From: Hypanus sabinus
Taxonomy: Eukaryota
Direction of reading: 5' to 3'
NCBI RefSeq assembly: GCF_030144855.1
Contig: NC_082713.1
Span: forward strand, 22,320,001-22,384,000
Length of the DNA stretch: 64,000 bases
The position numbers were made by a program, and so were the translations under genes. Of the stretch, positions 27,601 to 42,600 are shown in pieces. Numbering within the stretch: position 1 is the stretch's first letter; the number at the start of each line of letters is the position of its first letter. The notes beneath the pieces were generated by a model. It was not told the DNA's origin, did no database searches, and saw only the letters and a program-made list of their open reading frames with translations.

Positions 27601-30600
27601 AAATTGCAAATGCTCTTTAAAAAGGGTGGGAGGCAACAGAAAGGAAACTATAGACCTGTTAGCCTGACATCGGTGGTTCAGAGGTTGTTGGAATTGATTG
27701 TTAGGTTTGAGATTACGGAGTACTTGGAGGCATATGACAAGATAGCCCAAACCCAGCATGGTTTCTTGAAAGGAAAATCCTGCCTGATTAACCTACTGCA
27801 AATTTTTGAGGAAATTATTAGCAGGGTTGACAAAGGAGATACAGTAGATGTGGTGTACTTGGATTTTCAGAAGGCCCTTGACAAGGTGCCACACACAAGG
27901 CTGCTTAGCAAGATAAGATCCCATGGAATTACAGGGGAGTTACTAGCACAGTTGGAGCATTGGCTGATTGGCAGAAAACAGAGAGGGGGAACAAAGGGAT
28001 CCCATTCTGGCTGGCTGCTGGTTACCAGTGCAGTTCCACAGGAGTTGGTGTTGGGATTGCTGCTTTTTATGATGTATGTCAATAATTTGGACTATGGGAT
28101 TAATGGACTTGTGACTAAATTTGCTGATGATACAAAGATAGGTGGAGGGGCGTGTAGTATTGAGGAAACAGAAAGCCTGCAGAGAGACTTAGATAGTTTA
28201 GGGGAATGGGCAAAGAAGTGGCAAATGAAATAAATGTTGGAAAGTGTATGGTCATCACTTTGGTGAAAGAAATAAACAGGCAGACTATTACTTAGATAGG
28301 GAGAAAAGTCAAAATGTAGAGATGCAAAGGAACTTGGGAGTCCTTGTGCAAGATACCCTAAATGTTAACCTCCAGGTTGAGTCAGTACTGAAGAAGGCAA
28401 ATGCAATGTTGGTATTCATTTCTAGAGGTATAGAATATAAAAGCAGGGGTGTGATGTTGAGTCTCTATAAAGCACTCGTGAGACCACACCTGGAGTATTG
28501 CATGCAGTTTTGGACTCCTTGTTTAAGAAAGGATATACTGACATTGGAAAAGGTTCAGAGAAGATTCACAAGAATCCAGGAATGAAAGGGTTACCATTGA
28601 GGAACATCTAGCAGCTCTTGGGCTGTATTCCCTGGATTTCAGGAGAATGGGGGGGGGGGGGGGGTTCATAGAAACATTACGAATGTTAAGAGGCCTGAAC
28701 AGATAAGAGAGGGCAAAATTACTTTCCCATAGTAGGGGAGTCTAGGACAAAAGGGCACATCTTGAGGATTGAAAGACATCCGTTTAGAACAGAGATGTGG
28801 AGAAATTTCTTCAGTCAAAGGGTGGTAAATCTATGGAACTTGTTGCCACAAGTGGCTGTGGAGGTCAAGTCATTGGGTGTATTTATGGCAGAGATAAATA
28901 GATTCGTGATTAGCCAGGGCATCAAAGGGTATGGGGTGAAAGCAGGGGATTGGGTTGACCGGAATAATTGGATCAGCCCATGATTGAATGGTGGAGTGGG
29001 CTCAATGCGTCAACTGGCCTACTTCTGCTCCTGTATCTTATGGTCTTATGAGTGGGTCTTGGACAGTCATTCACAGTTAGAGTCATCAGGTACAGGAGAA
29101 AGGTCTTTAGTCCATCATGTCTTCCCTGACCATTTGGTAACCATCTACACCAATTTTATTTCTCAGCACTTAGCCCACAGCTTTTCATCTCTTGGTGCTT
29201 CAAGAGCTTATCTAAATATTTCTTAAATGTACTGTATTTGTCAATGTGGAGTGGAGAGTGAGTCTGTAAAACTGGTGGGAGTGGTGAGGATGGAGTGCTG
29301 TGGGAGGGCTGTGGGACAGGTGGCAGTGAAGCAGTGCTGGGGCAGAGAGTAGCGCAGGTACAGACACAGCCAGCCCTGAGACAGGCAAGGTCATTTGATT
29401 CTAAGCAACTGGTTTATTAATCATTGCAATGTCTTATGTTCTAAAAGGGAGGAGTTTGGTATTGGAGATGGTAGGATGCCTATGGGTAAAGATGGAGCTT
29501 CCTGGATAACATATACAAGTCCAACAGGAAGGCAAACAGCACTTTTTGTACTTTATTGTCACAAGGCTTATGAGTGAAGAATGCTGTTACCAAATAACAA
29601 GGGGACAGCAGAGGCACAGACTTGATGTGTTTTGTCATTCTTACAACTCCAGAACCGTTTTAGCATCAGCCCCTTAGTCATAATGCTTCCTAATGTACCT
29701 GACAGCTCCAGTCATTGAGTTAAGTATTGTGTGGAGAACTTCTGGAAAATACAAGCTAAATTTCTTTTACAGATATACTACCACAATGAACCTATAGACG
29801 TCACAGTTTGCATCACCAATAACACAAGTAAGGTGGTGAAGAAGATTAAGTTATCAGGTAGGTTTGTTTTCCCAGTTTGAAAAATTATGCCGTAGTCTAT
29901 GATGTGAAATTGCTGCGGTACAAGGTATGACACAGAGACCCCAACATTAACCCAGTCTGTCTGGTGGAATGATGGATCCAGTGATTCAGGCTGAGTACAA
30001 GATAACCGCACGCAAAACACTGGAGGATCTCACCAAACCAGCCAGCTTCTGTGGAGTGGGAGAAACAGTCAAAATACCTCTTACTCTAAGCTGGAACAAA
30101 TTTCCCTTTTTTGCAATGTTTGTGCAAGAAAGTAACTTTTCATGCTTTTCCTGTACTTCCCACTTTCAGCCTTATAGAAACACGTAACCCACAGCTCACA
30201 GTCGCAGATTCACACAACTTCAAATATGTTTGTGCAGACTATCAAACACCATTTAATCCAATTTGAACCCATTTTATGCTCCCCAAGTTCCCAATCATTC
30301 TTGCTGAATTCTATCACTTACATAAAAAGTAGGGGCAATTAATGGCCTATTATCTCACCAGCCTTCACATCTTTAAGGTCCGGAAGAAACCAGATCTGGA
30401 GAAAACCCATGCAATAAATTGCAATATCTATGCATCCGGAGTTCCCCATTAAGGCAGGCCTGACAGGAGGGGCACTAAGACCATATGACCATAAGACATT
30501 GGAGCAGAATTAGGCCATTCCACCAATCGAGTCTGTTCCACCATTCCATCATGGCTGATCCCAGATCCCACTCAAACCCATACACTTACTTTTTCGCCAT

Positions 30601-33600
30601 CTCCTTTGATGCCCTGACCGATCAGGAAGCTATCAACTTCGGCCTTAATTAAACCCATGGACTTGGCATCCACCACAGCCTGTGGCAGAGCATTCCACAG
30701 ATTTACTACTCTCTTGCTGTAAAAAATTCCTCCTCACCTCTTCTCTAAAGGGCCACACCTCAATTTTGAGGCTATGCCCTCTCGTTCTGGATACCCCCAC
30801 CATAGGAAGCATCCTCTCCATATCAACCCTATCTAGTCCTTTCAACATTCAATATGTTTCAATGTGATCGACCCTTCATTCTTCTAAATTCCAGTGAGTA
30901 CAGGCCCAAAACTATTAACAATATTCCAAGTGTAGTTGAACTAGTATCTTATAAAGGCTGGGACATTAATGACTTGCTTTCATATTCTATTCCACTTGAA
31001 GTAAATACCAAGATTGCATTTGCCTTCTTTACCACAGACTGAACTTGTAAATTAATCTTCTGGGAGTCTTGCATGAGGATTCTCAGTCTCTCTGCACCTC
31101 TGGTGTTTGAACCTTCTCCCCATTTAGATAATAGTCCACATTATAGTTCCTTTTGCCAAAATATATTATCATGCATTTCCCAATACTGAATTCCATCTGC
31201 CACTTTTTTGCCCATTCTTCCAGTTTGTCTAAGTCCTACAACAATTGCATTGTATCCTCAGCACTACCTACCCCTCCACTTATCTTTGTATCATCTGCAA
31301 ACTTTGCCACAAAACCATCAATTTCATTATTTAAATCATTGACAAACAATATGAAAAGTGGTGGTCCCAATACCAACCTCCGAGGAACACCACTAGTCAT
31401 TGGCAGCCAGCCCGAAAATACCCCCTTTATTCCCACTTGTTGCATCCTGCCTGTCAGCCATTCTGCTATTCATGCCAGTATCTTTCCTGTAAAACCATTG
31501 GATCTAGAAGAGGCAAATCTTTTAACTGTTGTGCACTTTGAAAGGCAAAATTGGCCCTTTTAGGTCTGGGTGGGAGACAATGATTCTTTTTTGTCCCCAT
31601 TTTTGTTCTCCCTGCATTACTTACACATGAAAATCTTGTTCAGGAGTAAGAACTAGTACTGCCCAGAAAGTCAAATTCGGCAGCTGACATATCATCCAGC
31701 AGGAACAGCACCTACAATCTTGAATTGAATTGACTTATTTCTTACATCCTTCACATACACGAGGAGTAAAATTCTTTACGTTGCATCTCTGTCTAAATGT
31801 GCCATGTGCAATCATAGTAATTTATAATAAATAGAACTGTCAATGTAACATAGAATACAATCAAAACGGTGTGAGTTAATCAGTCTGATGGCCTGGTGGA
31901 AGAAGCTGCCCTGGAGCCTGTTGGTCCTGGCTTTTACGCTGCGGTACTATTTCCCGGATTGTAGCAGCTGGAGCAGTTTGTGGTTGAGGTGACTTGGGTC
32001 CCCAGTGCTACTTTTTTCACACCATCTTTGTAAATGTCCAGAATCATGGAAGTTCACAACTACAGATGTGCTGGGCTGTCCGAACCACTCTCTGCAGAGT
32101 CCTGCGATTGAGGGAAGTACAGTTCCCATACCAGGCAGTGATGCAGCCAGTCAGGATGCTCTCAGTTGTGCTCCTGTAAAACTCTGGTTAGGCCACATCT
32201 GGAGTATTGCATACAGTTCTGGTCGCCCCGCTATAGGAAGGATGTTGAGGCTTTGGAGAGGCCTCCTGGTTTACTAGTACATGGTTTAGAGGGCATGTAC
32301 TATCGTGACAGACTGAACAAACGTGGGTTGTTTTTGTTGGGACACTGGAAGCCAAGGGTAGATCTGATAGAGGTGATGCAGCATCAATAACTCTCGGAAA
32401 CGGAAGGCAAAAGATAGGCTTCTATTAGCTGCAAACGTGACCACGACATCTTGGAGACTGAGGGAGGAGCAGTGCCTCCAATCGCCTTTATACTGGGGTC
32501 TGTGGGAGGAGCCACAGGAGCAGTCAGCAGGGGGGGCGTGACCAGACAGGTATACACAGTTTACCACACGAGGTTTACAATATTATGAGAGGCATTGATA
32601 GAGCGGACAGAGAGTATCAGTTTCCCAGGGTTGAAATGTTTAATACCAGAGATGAGAGAGGGTAGGTTCAAGGGGGATGTGAGGGGTAACTTTTTCCACT
32701 CAGAGAGCCTGGTGGTAGAGACAAATACATTAGGGTATTTTAAGAGACTTTTGGATGGGCACATGGATGTAAGGAAGATGGAGGGATATGAACTTGGCGC
32801 AGGTAGGAGGGATTAGTATTTGGGTATATTTGATTTTCTTCGAAGCTGGTACGTCACAGCACTGTAGGCCAAATGGCCTGTTCTTTTGCCGTGCTGTTCT
32901 GTGTTCTATGTTCAAGCTGAACAAGAAAAGATCTGAGGGACAACTCTTCATGCAGAGGGTACTGTGTAGATGAAACAAGCAGCCAGAGATAGCAATTGAA
33001 GCTGGTAAAATAACAAGGTTGAAGAGAAATTTGGAGAAGTATACAGACAGGAAAGGTTGAGAGGACTACGACCCAAATGGAGGAAAGTAGACCTCAGTCA
33101 GCATGGACTAGATGTGCCGAAGGGTCTGTTCCTGTGCTGTATTGCTCTACAACTCCATCAGAAACAACCACAACTGTTCAGTGTATTTCGTATTACTGAT
33201 GAATGTCTAGGCCACAGTTCCCAGTGAGTGGCCTCTGACATGCCATTGTACAGCCCCGATAGGCACTAGCCTGGCTACAAGCACGGTTGCAGGCAGCAGG
33301 GTGGTTCATTCTAATCTGCCCTCTGAGTGTAACGTATTACTAACACAAGCAGAGAGAAGATGGGCCACAGCTACTCTAGAAAGCAGAATCCATCTCCTTC
33401 TTCAGGGTAATTAGTGTTGGACAAGGAGAATTGCCCCTACCACCTCATCCCATAGGCTAAGTAAAATAAAATGCTCTTGTATATTTTATGAAATGTGTTA
33501 TCACATTGGCGGTGCCGATTCCATTCCTACTGAGTCACCTTGTGCTAATTATAAACTATTTATTTTTCAATTAAACTGCATGCGACTTTGTCACACTAGC

Positions 33601-36600
33601 AAGCAAATCTTTACACTTGTCGGTAAATCACATCTTGTGCTCTAGGCTGTTTTTCCAGTCAGAATGGTGGGGGTGGGGGGGGAGCAGGGGGAGGTGGAAT
33701 TGGAGTATTTGTAGAATCTGAAGTGTGAACACAGAGAGGGGATAAAAGATGCAGGCAGTGTATTTCCAGTAGACTGTTTTGACATTTGATTTACTGTTCT
33801 GTGTCAGAAAGGGCAGCACTTGTCACTGTACTATGAGTGTTACCTATCAGTCGTAGTGAATTACATTGTTTCTTTATTCTGTCCAATCAGTTGATCAAGT
33901 CACTGATGTAGTCCTTTATCAACTTGACAAATATACAAAGACAGTCGCTGTGGAGGAATCAGAGTAAGTGAAGTGTGAATTGTAGTACTCCCATGCTCTA
34001 AGGGAGTGTGTACATATGTAAGTATGCACATGAGTGTGTTTTGTGTGGCACACATGAGTGTATATCAATTTTTTGTGTTTGCATTTCACACTTGTGTATC
34101 TATTTTATGTGTGCATGAATGCACTTATACATTTGCATGGATATTTGTGTTTGTGTGTGTGTGTGTCTGTCTGTCTGTCTGTCTGTCTGTCTGATATTGG
34201 TATTGCCTTACGAAGGGTCTCAGCCTGAAACATCGATTGTACCTCTCCCTGTAGATGCCGCCTGGCCTGCTGCGTTCCACCAGCATTTTGTGGGTATTGG
34301 TATTGGTTTACTATTGTCACATGTACCCAGATACAGTGAAAACCTTGTCTAACATACTGTTCATTTAGATCAAATCAGTATGCAATGCACTGAGCTAGAA
34401 TAAGGTAAAACAATAAATTGTATAAGCTACTGAAAGAGTAAATTATACAGTGCAAGATCAAAATGAGTTAGATTGTGAGGCCAAAAGTCCACCTTATCGT
34501 ACAAGAGGTCAGTTCAAGACTCTGGTAACAGTGGAATAGACGATGCCCTTGAGTCTGGTGGTGTGTGCTTTCAGGCTTTTGTACTGTATCTTTTGCCTGA
34601 CATGAGAGGGGAGAAGAGAGGATATCGGTCTTTGATGATGCTGGCTGCTTTACTGAGGCAGCAAGAAGTATCGGCAGAGGCCCTGGAAGAAACATCGGTC
34701 CCTGTGAAGTGCTGAGCTGTGTCCACAACTCTGCAGTTTCTAGAGATCAGGTGCAGGGCAGTTGCTACACCCAGACAGGATGCTTTAGTGTATTGATAAA
34801 GATTGGTAGGAGACGATGGGGGACATGCTGAACTTCCTTAGCCTCCTGAGGAAGTAAAGGCGTTGGTGAGGTTTCTTGGCCGTGACATGGTTGGATCAGG
34901 ACAGGCAATTGATGAGGATTGCACCTAAGAACACGAAATTATCAACCCTAGCTCAGGTAGACAGGACCAACCCCACCCCCCACCACCTTCCTGGATGATC
35001 AGCTTTTTTGTTTTGTTGACATTGAGGGAAAATAAATTGTTGTCATGTCACCATGTTATTAAGCTCCCTATCTCCTTTATGTATTCCAGTTCCATTGTCA
35101 TTTGAGATGCAGCCCATGACAGTGGTATCTGCAAGCTTACAGATGAAGCTTGAGCAGAATCTGGCCACAGAGTCATGAGTCCACAGAGGAGTAGAGTAGG
35201 GCTTTGTGCAACACCAGTGTTTAGAATAATCATGGTGGAACTGGTGTCACCTAGGCGAGGTCCAAGCGCTGGAGTATCCAAAACTAGAATCGAGACACAA
35301 TGAGACTGAAATGAAGACAGGTTTAAAACGAGATGCGAGATGAGAATCCAGATTTGAGCTGATGATTGAGCACTGATCCCGAGTTCAGGTGCTCTTTAAA
35401 TATTAAAATCTTGGTGCCAAAACGTGGCTGCCGACTAACAGGGTGGGCCTGAATCTTTAAAAGGGACATGTTGGCTATCCGTATTCAGGACAGTTAGAGG
35501 ACCTAGATCCCGGGGGCTGGGCACATGTTGTAACAGCCTATCCTTACAGATTGTGGTCTATTGGTCGGAAATCACGGATCCAGTTGCAGAGGGAGGCATT
35601 AATTCCTAGTGTTTGAACTTTACTGGCGAGTTTGATTGGAATAGTAGTCTATATGTGTGAGTGTGTCCGTGTGCGTGTATGAAGGCGTGTTTGGTGAGAC
35701 ACTGTGGCAATCAGATGCACCAGTGTGAGAAATTCCATGTGTGACACACTGGTATTCAAATTCGCTGCTCCATACTATTATTCACATTGCTGGCTGCCAT
35801 AGAGGCATTGTTTTTATGCACCAAGTGGGGAGCACATCAGTTGTCTGTTTTCCCAGCCAGAGAATGGCCCCTGGGACAATTAAAGTAATCAGTACCAAAA
35901 ATAAGGTCTGGAATTTGCACTGCTGGAGGAGTTTAAGTGTGCAAGATGAACACATCATACCCCAATTTGTTAATGAAATGGATTGTAAACATGTTAATAG
36001 GGGGGCCCCACAGTAGTGTAGCAGTTAGCGCAATGCTACTTCACCCGTGGCGTTCCAGAATTCAAGGTTCAGTTCCAGCACCATCTGTGAGGAGTTTGTA
36101 TGTTCCCCTGTGAGTGTGTGCGTTTCCCCGGGAGCTCTGGTTTCCTCAAAGAAGACCTACCAGTTATTAGCTTAGTTGGTCATTGTAAGTTGTCCTGTGA
36201 TTAGGTTAGTGTTAAATAGGTGGGTTACTGGGTGTTGTGGCTCATTGGGTCAGAAAGGCCTGTTCCAGACAGTATCTCTAAATAAATAGATAACATACAG
36301 TATGGATTGATTTTAACTTATGATCTGTGTGTGTGATTCCAGGGACACTGTGGCTGCCAATTCCAGCTTCACCAAAGTTTACAAACTGACTCCAGTTCTG
36401 GCCAGCAATCGGAAGAAACGAGGCCTGGCCTTAGATGGGAAACTCAAATACGAGGATACTAACTTGGCCTCGAGTACCATGTAAGTCCAGGGAATGGGAA
36501 CCCACTCATGCACACTATATTACAAACCTCGAGGACTCACATGAAGAGCAGTACAGAATGTAATGAGGCTATAGTTAAATCCAGCATGTCCCAATTTTCA

Positions 36601-39600
36601 TTGGCATCCAGAGATTCAAAATTCAAGATCCAGGATCCACGATTGTTTATTGTCATTCTTCAGTACACAAGTGTAAAAGAGAATGAAATGATTGTTACTC
36701 CAGACCTGATGCAGCATGAGAAAACACAATAAGCATGAAGAACACAACAAAGAAACAAACAACATAATAAATATGAAAACAATCCTATAAATTGTGCAAG
36801 TAACTGTTGTATACTTAAACTGATTGATGTGTAAGGTCACATTGGGTGATGTGTACGTGGAGGTGGTGGGTGGAAGGTTCAATCAGCTTTATGATTTAGG
36901 GGAAGTAACTGTTCTTGAGTTTAACTCTTCAGAGCTGTGTTATAATGAACCTCAACATGTCAAAGAATATTTTATATCCATTCTTTTTTTCTATAATGTA
37001 CAACTTCTCAATAACTAGGAAATATTTAGTTAATTTCTCATCTGATTTCTCCTGATTCACTCCCTATTTCAGTCCTGAAATCCCTCCATTCATTTTGCCC
37101 TCTGTTCGTTCTCCACTTCCTCTTTTCTCCTTTCCTGATCACATCTCACTCTCCTTCAACTCTGCCCATTTTCTACATCTTATGTATGGCCCCATCCTGT
37201 CCCTGCCTAATATTACATGTACATTAGTTATGTCCATGCTTCCCATCACCACAACCCACCTTCAACTTGCGCTTCCCTGTTCTTTTGCCCATTCACTTCC
37301 TTTGATTCTGGCATTCACGATCTTTGTTGTACCCAATCAGCCTATTTCTTCCCTAAAGCATTACATTATCTCACTTCTCCACTTATGTTTTACATCAGAT
37401 ATTGATATATATCATACTGTTTTATATAAAATTTGATATTGGAGAATGAGAAATAATTCCAATGCAATAAAATAGACAATATGTTAAGTTAGAATCACAG
37501 GAAATAATCATCCAACCATAGTGTGATATGCCACACCCTCTCCATTTTGTTTTACATTCTGTGGCCTTTGCTAACTTTGCTTACGTTTCCTTTTAGGCTC
37601 AGACCAGAGCTCGATAAAGAGGTCCTTGGAATCCTTGTCTCCTACCTGATGAAGGTGAAAGTGACAGCCTCCCGAGGCGGGTAGGTAATTTGACTTCAGG
37701 TTCAAGTTCATCAGGTTTAGTTCTCATTCAACCATACACATGTATACAGCTTAATGAAACAGAGATCCTTCCCAGGCCAAGGGCAAAACACAGTACATAT
37801 AGTACACAGCACAAAGCATAAATATTTACAATAATATATCAAGTCATAAAATAATTTTAGCATGTCACTGAGTGGTGTGGACTAAAGTTCAATAATGCAT
37901 GGGATGTTGGCCTGGAGCCACATTTCTGCAAGAACAAGTACATAACAATTTCTCATCTCACATTGGGTCTGTCACAGATGAAGACAATGCAATTTATCTT
38001 CTAAGGAAAGAACACAGGAAAGCAGCATTGATGGGAGAACCGGCCTGCAGGAACTAGCTCCCAAGCCACTACAGATTCCAGCACACCCGCAGTTCATTCC
38101 CACACCTCTTCCAGCGCTCTCTCTCCTGGGTGACTGTAACAGGCAATGCAGTGGTATGAAGGCCTGGCCTATGCAACAACCAAAGCCATTCAGCTTCTCT
38201 GTTGCCGGTATTGCCAACGAGCCAGTGAACTGCCCATGCAGTATTTTGTATGACCAATGTCCATTAGGTGTTTTAAAACAATTATTTACACCTTTTGTTG
38301 AACCTGGAAAGGACAATGCAACCAAGCATGCTGCTATCTTACTAGACCAGAGCTTGACCCAGTGTTCCCATGTTTTGGGCCAGAGCTTTAATTCTCACTC
38401 TTACTTTGCTTGTGATTAATATTCATGAAACTCTTAACAGCTACTTCAAAAATAGAAGTACCATTTTAGTAATCAGGTGTTTATTTACTGAATTAGAATT
38501 TAGTCATCACTTGGGTACAACCTTGGAACAGATTCCTGACAACAAGGGTGTTCTGGAACACAAGCTGGTAGGAATCCTTCCCAAAATTGGAACAAAGGTG
38601 TTGCTGGCAATTTTACCAATTTATCTGGGTAGTCTCTCAACCTCCAAGGATTCTGCATAGGGAGCCTCGTAGTTTGTTTTTCTCCCCCCCATCCAACATC
38701 CTCACCTCATTTGCCAGAGTCACAAGGCCATGTTGACATTCAGATCCACATTACTCACAGTTAGTGAGTAATTAACTGATATCTATTCAATCAGAGGGCC
38801 AATCCATATACCATTCTGCAAATCTCCCTGTGGTGGCTAGTGAACGGTGATTAGCATTGTGCCTTCATTGTTACAGTGATCTATAAGTCAGTGTTGAAGT
38901 CAATCCATTAAAAATAAGGCATTTTATTTCACAGTATAACCTGATGCATCAGTACAATGCCCCAGAGCATTTCCTGGTTTGTTCTACCTGACTTACAAAG
39001 CTAGGGCAATAAATACCATTACAGAGGTTAACATACTTAATCAATGCTCCCATGCTATCAGGAACCTAACATCTAGCTACTGCATCCTCTTTGTTTAGCA
39101 ATTGCTATCCACAAAATCTTGAATTGAATTGACTTTATTATTTAAATCCTTCACATATGTAAGGAGTAAAAATCTATAGTTACATCCCCATTAAATGTGC
39201 AGTATGCAAATCTTGATGATATATTTAAGTTGAAAAATAAGATTATGCTATCCTTACTTTTGTAACCCACTTTCCCTAAACCTGCCTAAATATATCAACT
39301 TCCCCAATTCTATAAACCTACCCAATTACAGTATATTGACTTGCATAGCTGTTCCTATTACAGTCACGAACCTATATTATACATAATTACTATATTACTT
39401 CTATATTTTGTCAGCATACTGCAAAACCATCTACATTTTATAATTTCCTTGGATAAGCTGTTCACCGAGTTGTTCAGGAGGGTTTAAACTAATTTGGCAG
39501 GAGGATGGGAACCGGAGTGAGAGTGCCGAGGATGAGATATTTGGTTTACAAAGACAATGTGTAGCAAGGCTCTGGAAAGGAGAGACTAGTGATAGGGCAA

Positions 39601-42600
39601 AATTGTAGTCAACAGGATGAGTTGCAATGTAAACGGTAGACAAAATTGAAAAGGATTATATCACAACTGACGGAGTGATACTTGAATGCATGCAGAGTAC
39701 AAAATAAGGTTGGTGAACTTGTAGCACAGTTGCTGATTAGCATGCATGATGCTGGAGGCCTTACTGCATAATGGCCGAAAGAAGATTACAGCTGGGAGCT
39801 TAACGTTTAAGGATACACTATGTTTCGAAAGGACAGGCAGGCAGAGGGGGTGGTGTGGCTCTGTCAGTGAAAATGAAATCAAGTCATTAAAAAGAGGTGG
39901 TATAGGGTCAGAAGGTGTTGAATCATTAAGGGTAGAGCTAAGGAGCTGCAAGGATAAAAGACCCTGATGGAGTTATATACAGACACCCCAAACAGTAGTA
40001 AGGATGTGGTCTACAAATTGCAAAAGGGGGATAGAAAGTGCATGCCAAAGGGAAATTTTACAAAAGTCATGGGGGATTTCAATATTCAGGTAAATTGGGA
40101 AAATCAGGTTGGTGCTAGATGCCAGGAGAGGAATTTTATAAAATGCCTTTGAGATGGGTTTTTAGAGCAGCTCATGGTTAAACCCACTAGGGGGATCAGC
40201 TATTCTGGATTGGGTGCTGTGCAATGAGCCAGAATTGATTAGAGAGCTTAAGGTAAAAGAACCCTTAGGGAACGGTGATCATAATATGATCAAATTCACC
40301 CTGAAATTTGAGAAGGAGAAGCTAAAGTTAGATGTATCAGTATCACAATGGAGTAAGGGGAATTACAGAGGCATGAGACAGAAGTTGGCCAGAATTGATT
40401 GGAAAAGAACACTGGCAGGAATGACAACAGAGCAGCAATGGCTGGAGTTTCTGGAAGCAATTCAGAAGGCACAGGACACATCAAGTCAAGTCAAGTGAAG
40501 TTTAGTGTCATTTAACTACATGCACATATATAATGTATATAAACAAATAATGCATATAGAGACAAAATGATGTTTGTTTGAATCAGGGTGTAAAGCACAG
40601 TAGTGCACATTACACATGATAATTTTAAAAGGCAATGATAAAATCTATGGATGAATCATAAATAGCAAACTAAAGTGCATTAATTTTAAATATTGTAAAG
40701 TACAAAACAGATTAACCAGTGACATGTTGAATACAATGCAGCTGGGAATTCAGAAGCCTAATGGCCTGAGGGAAGAAACTGTTTCTCATCCTGACTGTTC
40801 TTGTTCTAATGCATTGGAGTTTCCTGCCTGTTGGTAGAAAGTCAAAGAGGATGCTAGATGGATGGGTGAGATCCTTAATAATACTAAGGGCCTGTGTATG
40901 TAGCACTCCTGATAAATGTTCCTGTTGGATGGTAGAGAGACCCCATGATCTTCCCAGCTGTTCTCACAGTTCTTTGTAGGGACCTCTGGTCCAATGCTTG
41001 ACTGTTCCCATAACCAGAGAGAGATGCAGTTTTTCAGGACACTCTCATTGGTGCTCCTGTAAAACACAGTTAAGATGGGGGAATGGGAGCCTTGCTTGCC
41101 TCAATCTTCTCAGGAAGTGGAAACAACACTGTCTTCTTGTTCAGGGAGGTGTTATTAAGGGACCAGGTGAACTCCCAGGAACTTGGTGCACTAACTCTCT
41201 CTACAGAGGAGCCGTGTATTCACAGAGGGCGATGGCTTGTCTGAACCTTCCTGAAATCCACAATGATGTCCTTTGTCTTCTCCACATTCAAACTTGGGTT
41301 GTTCTTCTCATACCAATCCATCAGCCCCTCCACTTCCTCTCTAGGCTCTGTCTCATCATCATCATTCTTGATAAGGCCAACCATTACTGTGTCATCTGCA
41401 AATTTGATGACACAGTTTGAGCTGGATCTTGCAAAACAGTTATGCATCAGCACTGTGAACAGCTGTGGGCTGAGTATACAGCCTTGGGGATTGATTGGGC
41501 ATCCGAGACCCCATCTTTTAGGAGGGCAGAACAGAGTGGAAGGCAGAGGCTATTGCATCATCAGTGGATTGATTTACATGATAAGCAAATTGGAAAGGGA
41601 GAGTGTAGCCAGGAGAAAGTTTTTAAATATACTCCATGACCAACCACTCAAAGCATGTCATAATGGTTGATGTTAATGACACTGGACAATAGGCATTTAG
41701 GCAGGTTACTGTCACCATCTTTGACACTAGACTGATGGTTGCACCTTGAAAACTGAGGCAATGGATTGTTCTAGAGAGATGTCAGCACTTCCATTAGCTG
41801 GGCTGCGCAATCTTTCAGAATCCAACCAAGATGACATATCTGTGGCTAAAAGAGAAGTCAAAGCCAACATAAAAGTCAGAGAGGGTATATTTGTCAGGTT
41901 GGGTCAGATTACCGTGGGACTCAAGTGCAGACCAATGAATGCTCTTTTACCAGGATTTATTAGGGAGCACAAGGGCAACAGTCTTTCAAAAACAGGAGGC
42001 AGGCACAAATCCAGAATGACAGGCAAAGGTCTTACACAGGAAAGGCAGTCCAGCAAGGGCAGACAATCCAGATCACACAGGCAAAAATCAGGTTCCAAAA
42101 CAGGCAAAATCCAGAAACACAGAGTCCAGCAAAATCAGTTGGCAGCAGGCACAGTGGCAGGCTAGAACAACTCAGATCAGAGCTGGGATGAACTGGCAGA
42201 GAATGTAAGTCAAAGCAGGGTTTAAATGGATCGGGTAATGAGTGAAAACAGAAACAGGTGGGTGCTAGAGAGGAGATAAGTGGGTGATTGGCAGAAGTCC
42301 AATAAGGAAAGGGGCTGGGTCAAAACCCACATGGCTGGGTGAAAGAAGGCAAAAATTAAGGGCTGTCGTGGTCCAGAGCTATCAGCAGAGGCTCTTCGAT
42401 CCAGTGTTCAGGCCGGATCCTTAACAATATTATAGAGCAAAAATTATAGGGAAGTTAGAGGATTGGGAAGCTATTAAAAATCAATAGAAGGTGACTAAAA
42501 AGTCATTAAGAAGATAAGATTGAAGTAAGCTAGCCAATAATATTAAGGAGGATACAAAAAGCTTTTTCAGACACATTAAAGTGTAAAAGAGAGGGAAAAG

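Noticed and set aside
27571-28233. 220-aa RT ORF (and the 205-aa ORF at 52743) as an active or domesticated gene
   Set aside because: Flanked by stops and frameshifts in decayed CR1 copies
28649-28664. Long G run (also C runs near 10269 and 51114) as G-quadruplex regulators
   Set aside because: Simple homopolymer expansions, mostly inside decayed LINEs; lengths may be sequencing-dependent
35245-35535. Possible solo LTR (TGTCA...TAACA) inside a Rex-type LINE
   Set aside because: The ends fit but I could not find a TSD; left as an unclassified insertion
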